64,000 bases of DNA from Schmidtea nova (Eukaryota). Location: contig CM097882.1 in NCBI GenBank assembly GCA_044892505.1, positions 349,494,001 to 349,558,000 on the forward strand. The letters run 5' to 3'. How positions within the stretch are numbered: the first letter of the stretch is position 1; each line of letters starts with the position of its first letter. The position numbers and the translations under genes are program-made. Under the pieces are notes generated by a model. That model was not told the origin of the DNA. It worked only from the letters and a program-made list of their open reading frames with translations, and did not search any database. Positions 24,673 to 37,790 of this stretch are shown one piece after another.

Positions 24673-24831
24673 NNNNNNNNNNNNNNNNNNNNNNNNNNNN
24701 NNNNNNNNNNNNNNNNNNNNNNNNNNNNNNNNNNNNNNNNNNNNNNNNNNNNNNNNNNNNNNNNNNNNNNNNNNNNNNNNNNNNNNNNNNNNNNNNNNNN
24801 NNNNNNNNNNNNNNNNNNNNNNNNNNNNNNN

Positions 24832-25091
24832 GACGGGACATAGACTCCTACTGTGTCAATGAATACTTCCAATAAGTACTCTATGACAAGTTCACACGTT
24901 CACATGACATGCTTGACAAAATGACCTTGATTATTGGTGACAATACACATATATATATATATATATATATATATGTGTATTGTCACCAATAATCAAGGTC
25001 ATTTTGTCAAGCATGTCATGTGAACGTGTGAACTTGTCATAGAGTACTTATCGGAAGTATTCATTGACACAGTAGGAGGCTATGTCCCGTC
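24832..25091. repeat. 260-bp near-perfect palindrome centred on (AT)n
   Basis: Left arm gacgggacatag...gtgacaatacaca is the reverse complement of the right arm, with 2 mismatches. Confidence 0.95.
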
Positions 25092-26659
25092 TGAACAACT
25101 ACGAGCATTTGTGTATATTACGTACACACTAAAATGTTACATGGTACATATAACTACGTAATCATTACATAGTAAAATTATAATTTGTTATCTAAAATTA
25201 TTACTTAAATTATTATATTAAATTTAAACGATTAAACTAATTATTAATAAGTTTACTAATTAAATTTCTTTAAATTATTAAATATTAAGTAAGATTTTTT
25301 AATAATTGAATTACGATAAATTTCATTTTTAAATAGAAATTCACAAGTTAGAAAAATATAATTTAACTCTGAGGCATGGAATTTTGACAAATAAAAAAGC
25401 CCGTGTTGCACAAAAAAAATTTTGTTAAAATTTTAACAATTTTGGTTAATTATTATTAATAAAGAAATAAAACTACAAAAAAAATATAAAAAAACTAAAA
25501 ATACATTTAGGTTTTTAATTATAGGGTGGGACTTAATTAATCCCACTATGCAGATTTAAGTAACAAAAATTTGGGACACTTTTAATCCCGCCATGCCCCA
25601 AATTACACGACTTAGGATTTGAAGTTTTATCGCATCTACCTTACTCACCCGATTTATCACTAACTGATTTAGATTTATTTAAACATTTAAGTCTTTATAT
25701 CAAGGGCAGGAAGTTCAAAGATTTGTAGGAGATAAAATCGACAGTTATCAATTTCCTGGACTTCAGATATGAGACTTCTTTTAAAGAAGGTACAGAAATG
25801 CTCCCGCAACGACAGTAAGAGTATATTAATGTTGATGGATCCTATGTTGATTAAATAATAAATGTTTAAATATATTTGTCCATCTTTTGAATTATAATCC
25901 ATCTAGCAGACATATTTCATTCCGGACAACCGAATAGTTATAATTTATTTTATTAAATAATTGTGTTAACTCTATATGATACTGATTATTTATATAACAT
26001 TAATTGACAATTATTTTCTGAAAGATTAAAAATTTTTATAAAATCTTATTTAATTAATTATCACTAATGAAATATTGTTAATTTAAAAGTTTTCCTTGAT
26101 TTGTAATTAGACGAAGTAATTTATAAAATTAATCAACAATTCTTAAGATTAGAAAAAAAATAATTACTTCGTGATTAATAAAAAATTATGAACAATAGTA
26201 TAAAATTATCTTTTAAGATTTTCTGATTTTGCTTGATCAGAAAACATACAAGTTAAAATACAAGTTAACCAAAAATTATAAATTAAAAGTAAACTCACAT
26301 AAGAATATTTCAAAAATAATTATAAATTTTCAAATTTGTAGAGTAATCCTAAAATTATTAATTTGAAATATTAAAATAAAGACTTATTTGACCTAAAATT
26401 AATTTAAATTTGATATTCATTTTATAGAAATATTTGCATAATTTTTGAATAAAATAAAATTAAACTTATAAAGATTTTATCATGGAATTTTTAATTAATT
26501 TTGCGTTATAAGTTTGAAAATTAAGATCTAATCAATTTGACTAGATAAAAGAATTTAAATTCGATTCCATTCTATAAAAAACATTTGAAGTTCTTGATAC
26601 ATTTAAACTGGCTTGACATTTTTCTTCTGTCTAATTTCTTTGATTTTTCGGTAGTGCCT

Positions 26660-26800
26660 TTAAATATTTTCTTGATTGGACTAGATTTGTGGAATCTAAA
26701 AACCGCTTACATTTTTAGAGTTATTTTTGTCCTTTTACTTATACTCCTAAATATTTGTGTGCAACTAATCAGATTTGTGCACGTGTGAATGAAAGTTCAT
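26660..26800. repeat. Dispersed repeat, similar to 46142-46302
   Basis: Shared aaatattttcttgattggactagattt, ttgtgtgcaac and tgaatgaaagttca. Confidence 0.7.
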
Positions 26801-27509
26801 GACGTTTTGCGTTTGTATGATACATACTTTGAATATACACCTAATTCTGTTTTTACACGATAGATACGTTTCTAAAAAATCGTGTAAAAAACATATATTA
26901 TGTTTTTTCGGGGAATCCCACCCAAAGAGAAAACATACACATATAATCGACATAATCTAACTGAATTCTGAAGAATATAATACGAAGTTAAAATGTATGT
27001 AAACATAATTTGTGAAAAATAAAAATAAAAAAAATTAATAGAACATCAAAAAAAAATTCATAGAATATTGAAAATCGTGTTAAAACAAAAGAATTCGTGT
27101 AAAAAGAGAAAAAAAATCTTTTTAATTCATGTAAAAACAATTCATGTAAAAACAGAATTAGGTGTAAATTGAATCTGTATTGCAGCTGATTATAAATTAC
27201 GTAAAATAAATACTGGTTAATAAAAACACTAGTAATACTAAAATTACTTTTCATTTCTTTTAAAAAACGAATTTTGTTACTTTATAATAATAGAAATGAT
27301 AAGTTTGCGGTTGTTAAGGATATAATTAAAATAAAATAATTTGAAATGTATTTTGATTCTCTTTTACAAGAATAATTGGGATTTTTGTAAGTTTTTAAAT
27401 TTTAAATTTAGTTTAATTTAGGCGGCACTATTTATAATTTATTTATATATTATCAAGCCATACGACATGTTTGTGTGAACGTTATGTAAATTCTTGCTTT
27501 AGATGATTC

Positions 27510-27830
27510 CTTTAATCACCAAGGGTAAGACAATTGATACAGTTCTTCATAAAATCTTAAACCGAACCCCTTCCATCTGATTCAATTTAATATTGTAACG
27601 TGATGCTAACGTGTTGGTTTAAAATGTTATTGCCTTGTCACAAATGTAAATCTTTGACCAACATTCTTCAATAACCAACGATTGATTGTTGCATATGGAG
27701 AAGTTTTTTTGATAAAATAAGTAAATCTTCCTTCGTATATAATTCTTTGGAAGATATAATTTTCAGTCTACTCTTATAAATGTAAAATTATCATCAGCAA
27801 ATATCCCAGAATGAGATTTAAAATAATTTA
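27510..27830 (-). pseudogene. Possible highly decayed non-LTR (CR1/L2-like) RT fragment
   Basis: Minus strand reads ...HSGIFADD... followed by KEDLLILSKNFS...; very degenerate. Confidence 0.3.
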
Positions 27831-27962
27831 AATGCTTGGAAAATTTTGAACCAAAATCAAAAGTTTTTTTTGAAATATGATAATTTATTCGATAGTTAAA
27901 ATCATTTTTTTGGTATTCCAATTATATTTAAGTTTGATAAAACACTTCAAAAACGATGTATT

Positions 27963-27966
<4 letters not shown>

Positions 27967-28052
<86 letters not shown>
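27967..28052. repeat. (CT)n + (AT)n compound microsatellite
   Basis: Directly visible. Confidence 0.95.
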
Positions 28053-28053
<1 letters not shown>

Positions 28054-28215
28054 AACTTCGCGTTTCCTTGATTGATTGATTGTGCCACACAAAATTTGCG
28101 ACGGCAAATTAACCAACTTTATATGATAGGATCGAGCTGAAATTTGCCAAGTATATTCGATGTCGAGAACACTGCATGCTATCAAAATTTCAGATTGATC
28201 CGATCATGAAAATAT
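28053..28215 (-). mobile_element. Short microsatellite-associated element resembling DINE-1/Helentron-associated types; related to 41255-41402
   Basis: Reverse complement has caaatttcagctcgatc...aattttgtgtggcaca(atca)n...; the 41 kb copy has caaaatttgaagtgaatc...aattttgtggcacacac. Family assignment is inference. Confidence 0.4.
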
Positions 28216-29587
28216 TTCCTTATTTCAATATAAATTCTTATCTATTCATTAACTTTGGATTAAAGAGATAACATAATTATATCTAGAATATGTGATATAA
28301 GTTTGAATAAATATTTCATAGGATTGAGAACACATATTGAAATTTCAGTTTTGACAAAAGTTAAGAGTGAAATATAGAGAGTTTTAAAAACTATGTTTTT
28401 ACGGTTAAATTATAGATATCTTGAAAGAATGAAAATAAACCAAATATTAAATAAATGATCAAATTTCAAGACAATAAAAGGCATTAATGATAAATTAAAA
28501 CTGATTTCTCAAAGTATTATGAATGAATTTGTAGCAACAATCAACTTTATGCGCAACGTTTATGCAAATTTTGTTGAATTAAATATAATAAAATTTTTAC
28601 TGCATTATGAATTTATTGGTCTTTTTAACTATAATAAACAATAAAGATAAAACGGTCAATTATGAAAAAGAACATTTCAAATTTGCATTTATAAATTTAA
28701 CATTGAAGAAACAAATTGTTAAAGTATTTTGAACATTAATTGTATCATTTCACGCCTGCAAAAATAGGAAATGACATAAATTACATAAAACAAAATTAGT
28801 TTTATCATGAAATATTTTAAATATTGTTCGCTCAGTACAAAAAGGACAAATAGCAAAATAATAAAAGTACAAAAATTAATTAAAATTTATCAAAAATCAA
28901 AAATTTATGGGTATGGTTAAACGCTAAATAAAAGGCGAATTCAATAATAATAATATTTGATTGAGGGGTCTCCGGAGAAAGTTATAATGAAAAAAAACAA
29001 TTATTTAAAATTAGAGATACACATTAGAGATACCTAGAGATCAAAGGCGGGTAATTGTGCAAATAATTATTGATAAACTCACCCGGGCGTTAGGAAGAAT
29101 GAGACAGTTGAATTGTTGTCCCAATTAATACCCATAAATATTTACATAATTATCTCAGTTATTCTCACAAGGAACTATAAAAAGAGAGAGAAAGAGACGA
29201 GCAGCAAGTGGGTCAAAAAGAGTCAAGTCAAAACATTGCATTTAAAGCGAGGTAAGAAGCGATTTTTATAAACCTTGTTTAAATAAAATGTACCAGAAAA
29301 GGCGATTACCCCTTGAGTTGCCTGCTTTAACGTTGGTCAATTTAATAAACGAAAAAAGTCAAATTATTGGAAAATTTTAAATTGTATCGATTGGAATTAA
29401 AGAAATTGTATTTGTTTTGACAATCAAATAAAAATATTCTGTGTTAGGTTTTATTGATTTTTGATAAATAAAAGGACACGAGGAGTCAGAGTATGAACCA
29501 ATCTAGTGTTTAAATAAAATAACCCAACAATATTATATTATTTTATTTAAAAACATCGAAGAATTTATTATCATTTTTATCTTTTGC

Positions 29588-29810
29588 TTACACTTTTGAT
29601 CTTCTTTTTAATTCAATAATTTTCATATTAATTTTTCCAAGACTAAATCAAAACATTTTTTAATATGTACATGATATTTCTGCACAGCTTTTATCACGTG
29701 TGTATTTACTTGATAAAATCTGTGCCGAAATATCGTGCATTATTTAAAAAAATTATTTTGACCTAAAGTCTTAGAAAAATTAATATGCAATTTATTGAAA
29801 TATAAAATGG
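29588..29810. repeat. Older stand-alone head-to-head pLTR palindrome with two degenerate hammerhead motifs
   Basis: gatatttctgcacagcttttatca...ttgataaaatctgtgccgaaatatcgtg, with outer arms matching the pLTR family. Confidence 0.7.
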
Positions 29811-30551
29811 AAAAAAAATAAATTAAAAAGTATATAATCATAATCAAAGAATGATTTCGGTAAATCGTTTAAAATAAATTAACTTTACTGCTTTTGATAA
29901 AGAAAAAAAATTACAGTAATAATTAATTTTATATTTTATCCGAATAAAAAAGAAATCCACCAATCTCATTAAATAATTGCAAAAATAACGAAAAGCTTTT
30001 AAAAATGGAAAACCTAGCAATAACAATACGTTGCAGATATTTATATTATTTCTGTAATTGATAAAATGCTACAGGAGTCTGCAATATTTCCATGAATATA
30101 CGGCAGTTCTCTCAATTTATCAATAACAGAAACAATTGGAAATTAAATTTCTTATTTAGTTTTTATCAAAAATAATTTTTCCTTTTATTGATTTTTCTTT
30201 GAAATAAAAACGAATTTTATATGATATCTTTTTTTCTAATTCAATGTATTGAATACAAAAATTCAGTTTATAATTTTTGAAAATATTTACTCATATTTGC
30301 TATAAAATATTTTAAAAATGAACAATTAATCAATTAACTTGTTAAATGATTAGATTCTTTTTAAGCTTCTTTTTGCATGTTTAAATAATTCCATGCAACA
30401 GCGCGTATTTGAATATTTAGTTTTTAATTTTATTTGTTACCTGAATGTGAATTTCATAGCAAATGCAAATTTCCTTACAGCACGATATTAAACAAAAGAT
30501 TATCTCCTATAAATGAATCATATAAATGGATCATATAAATGGATCATAAAT

Positions 30552-32221
30552 TGTTGGGCTGGTGAAATCGAAAATAAGATTTAATTAAAAATTATTAAAA
30601 ATTAAATACATACAAAGAAAAACGCACGACAAGACGTTAAGCTGTAAAATAACGCAAGGGAAAATAAAAACAGTTAAGTACAATAGTAGTCATACGAACC
30701 GCATCTTATAAGTCGGTCGAGATAGGGTTGAAGCGATAAAAAGAGGCATCTCAAAAGAGAGCACACAATTTGAGTGCAGGTCGGATTTACACACGAAGGA
30801 CCGCACAAGAATTGAATGAGGAAGATCAGTGCTTGTAAAGTAATTATGAAACGCATGAGCAAAGAATAAAATCAGTATCAGAATAAAGAAAATAATTTAT
30901 TAAAAATTATAGAATAAATTCCGATTGAAATATCGCAAAATTAACAGAGATATGAAAGAAAATAGATTTAAAATTAAATTGTTTTAATCAATAAATGCAC
31001 AATAAAACAATAGATACACACCTAATTTAACAGAATTAAAATCAAATATTTTCGAAAATAAATAAATCAAATTATAAAGTTAAATTTATAAAAGATAAAT
31101 AAATGTTCACTTATTAAAAGTAATAAGTAAGTTTAAATCGTTAATAAATTATGTAAATAACAAAATATATAAGCGACAGAAAAATTAGTATAAATAGATG
31201 CTGAAAATTCACAATCTAAACTTACTTGGCATTAATTTACTGAGAGAAAAAAAATTGGTTTTGATTTCGCCAGTCGTGTGGATCGATTCTGAACGGGTAT
31301 TTTGTGTTATCTTAGTGAGATTTCTTGGGTAAATTGTAATTCACTGGTCATAGTAAAGTTTTGAGGCTAATTTTTCCGAAAATAAATATTCGATGATGCG
31401 TATTATTGTGGTCATTATAAAAAATTGTTATATAGATATGCTTCCTATGCTGCTAACGCGGCGAGGGAGCCATAGTCGACGTCGTGGAGCCTCGTAGCTT
31501 CCACGGCGGTTATAATTTTTATAATTTATGTATCTGGGATTTTTCGGATATTTTTGAGGTTGCACATAATGAATCGTTACACATAGAGAATAGTTTTTGG
31601 TAATTGCGATAGTTTTTGAGAGTTTCATATAGTGATAGGATTTTTGAGTGTTGAACGATAGGTTTTGAGGTTTGCGCATTTTTCAGCGATAATTTTGGAG
31701 TTTTATAGGAATTTAACATCTCATGTAGCGATTTAATTTCAGAATTAAAATGTTAGCAAGACGAACTTGATCAATAGATTTTTTACGCATAGCGATGCAA
31801 CGACATAAAGGTGATTTTGAGTTTTGAACAGTTATACTTAGTAAAGGAGATTTTTGAGAGTTTTATAAATAAATATAATTTTAAGGTGCAGCTCATTATT
31901 TTGAGTTTTATATAGCGAAGGAGTTTGTAGTTAAATCAAATCTCCATTTAAAAGACGTTTTTATTTTTTTGGAAGTGGAGTATAAACATTGAGAGAATAA
32001 CGCGTAAGACCTAGCGGCAGCGAGAACGAGTGGAAATAAATGGGGAGTAGTTCCAGCGATAGAGCTTACCTGCCCATCATTTTTCAGCCCCCGCGCGCAG
32101 TTCCAACCTAACTAGATCGGGAATAGTTAGGGGCGCGCGAGTGAGACGATTTGCTTTTATGTATTTATTTATTTTTATTTATTTATTATTAATTATTTAA
32201 AACCCACCCATAAACCCAGCA
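30552..32221 (+). mobile_element. Solo LTR (1670 bp) inserted in a 13-bp minisatellite
   Basis: TGTTGGG...CCCAGCA termini, 4-bp TSD-like aaat/aact, satellite units on both sides, and homology to 6344-7677. Confidence 0.8.
32040..32145 (+). ncRNA. Conserved structured RNA element in the LTR 3' region (copy 2), family unknown
   Basis: CGCGCGC/GCGCGCG and CCTAACTA/TAGTTAGG stems, AGTTCCAA bulge, GATCGGGAA loop and GCGA tetraloop, all at the same spacing as copy 1. Confidence 0.6.
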
Positions 32222-33187
32222 AACTGAATCATATAAATGGATCATATAAATTAATCATATAAATGAATCATATAAATGAATCATATAAATGGATCATATA
32301 AATTAATCATATAAATTAATCATTTAAATGAATCATAAATGAATCATATAAGTGAATCATATAAATGAATCATATAAATGAATCATATAAATGGATCATA
32401 TAAATGGATCATATGAATCATATAAATGAATTATATAAATGAATCATATAAATGGATCATATAAATGAATCATATAAATGAATCATATAAATGAATCATA
32501 TAAATGGACCATATAAATGGATCATATAAATGAATCATATAAATGAATCATATAAATGAATCATATAAATGAATCATATAAATGGATCATATAAATGGAT
32601 CATATAAATGAATCATATAAATGAATCATATAAATGAATCATATAAATGAATCATATAAATGAATCATATAAATGGATCATATAAATGAATCATATAAAT
32701 GGATCATATGAATGAATCATATAAATGGATCATATAAATGAATCATATAAATGTATCATATGAATGAATCATATAAATGCATCATATAAATGGATCATAT
32801 AAATGAATCATATAAATGGATCATATAAATGAATCATATAAATGAATCATATAAATGAATCATATAAATGAATCATATAAATGAATCATATAAATGAATC
32901 ATATAAATGGATCATATAAATGAATCATATAAATGGATCATATAAATGAATCATATAAATGGATCATATAAATGAATCATATAAATGGATCATATAAATG
33001 GATCATATAAATGGATCATATAAATGAATCATATAAATGGATCATATAAATGAATCATATAAATGGATCATATAAATGAATCATATAAATGGATCATATA
33101 AATGAATCATATAAATGGATCATATAAATGAATCATATAAATGAATCATATAAATGAATCATATAAATGAATCATATAAATGAATCA
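32222..33187. repeat. 13-bp minisatellite (AAATG[A/G]ATCATAT), ~74 units; ~3 more units at 30510-30551
   Basis: Directly visible tandem array. Confidence 0.97.
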
Positions 33188-33439
33188 TGTATGCGACAAA
33201 CAGTTAACATGTTAATAACAATTTTAAAAGTAAATTTATTTTAATAAGTTTACGTTTTTTAATACTTTATCCAACAATAAAAATAAATAATCAATAAATT
33301 ATATTATTAAAAGCATTAAAAATAAACTTAAATGTGTTTTTAAAAATTCATTACCAATTTCATCATGTGATTATTTATAGATTTCAAAAGTAAATAGGAA
33401 AAATCATTGAAACATAAGAACACTACTGAGAATTCCTAT

Positions 33440-33700
33440 AACAATCATATGAAAGAATGTGAAAAGAATTCTCGGACTTTGCATCAGAGAATTAAAAAAT
33501 ATCTTGATCCTGATGGAAAGTCATCGGTATATAAACATCTTCATAAATATCGTACAGATAATAAAGAAAATTTAATATCAGTGAGAATATAACAAGTGAA
33601 AACGAGGAAAAAAGATTCAGACTTAAAAAGCTATTCTCATTAGAGACAAATACATAAAATTAACGCTAAAGAGAAAGTTAGCGAAATCGTTCACTTACTA
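33440..33700 (+). pseudogene. Decayed GIY-YIG (PLE-type) endonuclease fragment
   Basis: SRTLHQRIKKYL...KSSVYKHL resembles the PLE T.RTL..R..EH...S.VY.H segment. Confidence 0.45.
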
Positions 33701-36700
33701 CCTTGTTGAGAAATAACATTTTTGTTCTTCAAAGGAAAAAGAGAAAAACAAAATGTAAAGAAAATATTTGGGCATTTCATAGAGATAAATATTTTATATA
33801 TAATTAAATTAATTTAAAAAATTAAGATTTAAAATAAAAACTTAACTAAAAAATTTTAAATTTTAGAAATAATAAATAATTTTTTGCTTTTAAATTGAGC
33901 AGAATTTTTAAAAAAGTAGAAAATTTAAATTTATTCTAAAATTTTAAAGTTCTCATTTTTATTTTAAATTTTCAAAGAAAAAATTTTAAAATTTATATTA
34001 AAGAAATTTACATCCAATATTAAAAAGTGAAAAAGAATAGAAAGAAAGAATAAATTGACGATGAAGATTCAAGTTATATTTTGAAATAGGGATTGATAAG
34101 GATATTTTATAATAGAAAATTTTCACTTAATAAAAAATTTGATACAATTGGTTATTTTATTATTTATTAATTGTCTAATTAATACTTCTACCAAGAAATC
34201 ACCATTTTATATCCAAGTATATCAAGAACTAATGCGAAAAATCATATATAATTTAATAGGGAATATAATCTTTTAACACATTGTACTTTTAGATTCTCCA
34301 TCATGAAGATCATTTTTTGAAATAATTTTTAGTCAAAATAAAATTTTTGATCTCATGAAGATCTTGACTAACCATAAAACCTTCGTAAATATCTCCATCA
34401 AACATTTTACATGATTCTTTATCAACTTCCACCAAAACTCTTTTTGATTTTTTCGACCCTTTGAAGGTTTTTGACGCATCATGATTCTAACTTTGAAGGC
34501 TTGACTAAAATCATTGTATTCAGTTCATTATTTTCTATTGATTGATATCAATACTTAAAACATTTGAAAATTTGAACATATTTTTATCTACCTTTAAAAG
34601 TATTTCCATTGTTTAATTTAAAACAATATCAAACGAAATAGCACATGAGTCATTGAAAACTAAAACATTTCACTGCTGTGCTGTGCTACTCTTAATATTA
34701 GCTTATTCATACACTATAAAAAAGCATGTTAATTAAAATAAAATATTAATTAAAATAGCACAAGCCTAATTAAAATAGTACAGATTAATTAAATAATAGC
34801 ACAGCAAAATTAAAGTTTTGAAAATAGCAGAAGTCCATAGCATTGTTCTTGTTAAGTTTTTAAAAATTTAAAAATTTAAAAATATTAACAAAATTATTCT
34901 GCTTTGAATGTATAATTTTTTCTCTAAAAAATTTTGAAAGTTTAAAATCGAAAAATATTGAAAAAAATGAAGAAAATTGTTTAATAACAAATATTAATTT
35001 ATACACTTAGATAATTAATTTCAATTAAAAAAAAAGATATTTAAAGTTTAAATTTATTTTAAAATAGAGGAAAAATTTTTAAAATTAAAACAAAATTAAT
35101 CTGTTGAAAAAAAATTATTTTTTGCACCTAAGAAAAATGCTTCAATAGAAAAAATATTTTACCTGGAAAATTTAAATTATTTTTAAAATGACTAAAAAAT
35201 ATTTTAAAATTAAAAAATTTGATTATTGACTAAAACTATTTTGCAAATACAAAAAATTATTTTCAAGTATAAAATTCATAATATTTTAATGAAACATACC
35301 ATTTTTAAGAAAAAATGTCCAAAAAATTCAGTGCCTAAAAATTTTATGGAAGCATTTGGTGCCAAAATAAATATATACGTTCTATGTAAACCAAAAATTG
35401 AGTAGCTCAGAATTCCTACGCATAAATTTGGATAAGGCCAATAGATACAAAAAAGGAAAACAGTATAGGGTCTACTCAAAAAATTTCTCTGCAAAGATTT
35501 ACACACACGGTGTCAGAAAGAATTTTGGAATAATTTTACACACTAAAATGGCAAAAAATCATACAAGCACATAAAGGATGACTCATACTGTATGCACACA
35601 TACACGAAAAATTTATTCGTACATACGATGTGCGTCAAAATCATAGAAAGCCAATTTTTTATCTTTGTTCTTATGCTTGTGGGCTCACATTCCTCTACTG
35701 ATACCGACTTAAAAAATATAACCCAGCACGTTTTAAAAATGCAACATCACCCACATCTTTTGATGATCAACTACTTTATTTTGATTATATTTGTCCATTC
35801 TCTACATAACAAATAAGGCAAGGCACTTAAAACATACAGAATCTCATCAAATACATTATTGATTGTTAATAATTATAACGTTATTTTTGCAATATTGATA
35901 TAAATAAGGGGGTATTCCTAAAATAAACTTTGATTTATAATAATATTTTGTGAAAAAAAACGGTTATCATCGTATAATTAGTGGTTTTTTAAAAGTACTA
36001 CGTGCATCAATAACAGAGACAATATTGATATGAAAAAATTAGCAAATTCACAATTTAAAAATAAAATTTATATTTATTTTGTTAGAATTTAATTAAGAAT
36101 TTTTTATTAAAATTAAACTCTCCAGTCATTAATGTGAAATCTACCTAATCTATCTTTCTTGAAATATCTTTAGAATTTGATTCTTATTTATTTAAAGTTA
36201 TTTTTTTAAATATTTTGACGGCATAATTCTTTGAAATATTTTAGAATTATAATGTATTTCAAGTTTACACTGATATTTTTATCTTTGAACATTAATCTAA
36301 AAATTTAAATAACGCCAAAAATATAATTAATAATATTATTATTATTGTTATTATTATTATCATTATTAGTATAATTATTNNNNNNNNNNNNNNNNNNNNN
36401 NNNNNNNNNNNNNNNNNNNNNNNNNNNNNNNNNNNNNNNNNNNNNNNNNNNNNNNNNNNNNNNNNNNNNNNNNNNNNNNNNNNNNNNNNNNNNNNNNNNN
36501 NNNNNNNNNNNNNNNNNNNNNNNNNNNNNNNNNNNNNNNNNNNNNNNNNNNNNNNNNNNNNNNNNNNNNNNNNNNNNNNNNNNNNNNNNNNNNNNNNNNN
36601 NNNNNNNNNNNNNNNNNNNNNNNNNNNNNNNNNNNNNNNNNNNNNNNNNNNNNNNNNNNNNNNNNNNNNNNNNNNNNNNNNNNNNNNNNNNNNNNNNNNN

Positions 36701-37214
36701 NNNNNNNNNNNNNNNNNNNNNNNNNNNNNNNNNNNNNNNNNNNNNNNNNNNNNNNNNNNNNNNNNNNNNNNNNNNNNNNNNNNNNNNNNNNNNNNNNNNN
36801 NNNNNNNNNNNNNNNNNNNNNNNNNNNNNNNNNNNNNNNNNNNNNNNNNNNNNNNNNNNNNNNNNNNNNNNNNNNNNNNNNNNNNNNNNNNNNNNNNNNN
36901 NNNNNNNNNNNNNNNNNNNNNNNNNNNNNNNNNNNNNNNNNNACTCATGGTAATTTCGACGACTTACTCGCATCCTATTAAAAAGTTTCCAATACACAAA
37001 ATGTGCAGCACATTTTGCTCGACCAATCAAAGTTGTGAAAAATTTAAAATCTTTATTTGCACAGTGCAAAAATGGGGAAAATCAAAACTTCAATAAACAA
37101 AAAATTAAACAAAAATTATTTTTAGGGTGGAGGGGAGAGGGGAGCTCATGTGCGCGATAACTCATGGTGAAACAGGGTCTCACATCTCCCTACGTATAGG
37201 CACTAATAGCCAGC

Positions 37215-37790
37215 TCAGGGCAGCTTCTTCTACGGCTTTTGATAAAACTACTACAAACTCTTGAATAAGTCTCTACGGTAAAACTGTAGAGAATCTTAAA
37301 AAGCGCCTTAATTTAATGTTATGTAATTCAGAGTCAAACCTAATTACATACACGTCTAAACCAAATTTTAGGAATAATTATGATTGACGATGACTTTTTC
37401 TCCGTGTTGCTTAAACTTAAAACTCCAATCATCCCTTGTATTCTAGATACCTAGATTCCTTTATTACTAAATTCTAAGACGAGAATAGAGAACTTTAATA
37501 CAAGGAGTGAGTGTTTATAAGACCAAAGTGCTATAGTCTCTTAGGGGATAAAGAGAGTATTAAAGCTAAGTGTATAACATTAAAAGATGCTGTCCTCAAA
37601 CATCAGTCGTACATGAATTGTTATCATAATAATTCAATAATTTTAGTAGATACGTAAATATAGAATAATCCGTAAGAACCACTAACATTTACACACAAAA
37701 ATTCTACAATAGCCTTGACTAACTTGAACAACAAAAGGGTTGGATAAGTTAAAATGAGACCCTAGCTTATGGCCATTGTAGAGTGTTAAA
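37215..37790 (+). pseudogene. Polinton/Maverick-type PolB remnant, copy 1 (internally deleted)
   Basis: YYKLLN...LYGKTVENLKKRLNL, SNHPLYS, FIRPKCY, HQSYMNCY, ALTNLNNKR. Homologous to 58187-59560 but lacks the DTDS region. Confidence 0.8.

Noticed and set aside
32222-33187. CRISPR-like array
   Set aside because: Contiguous tandem units with no unique spacers, in a eukaryotic context.
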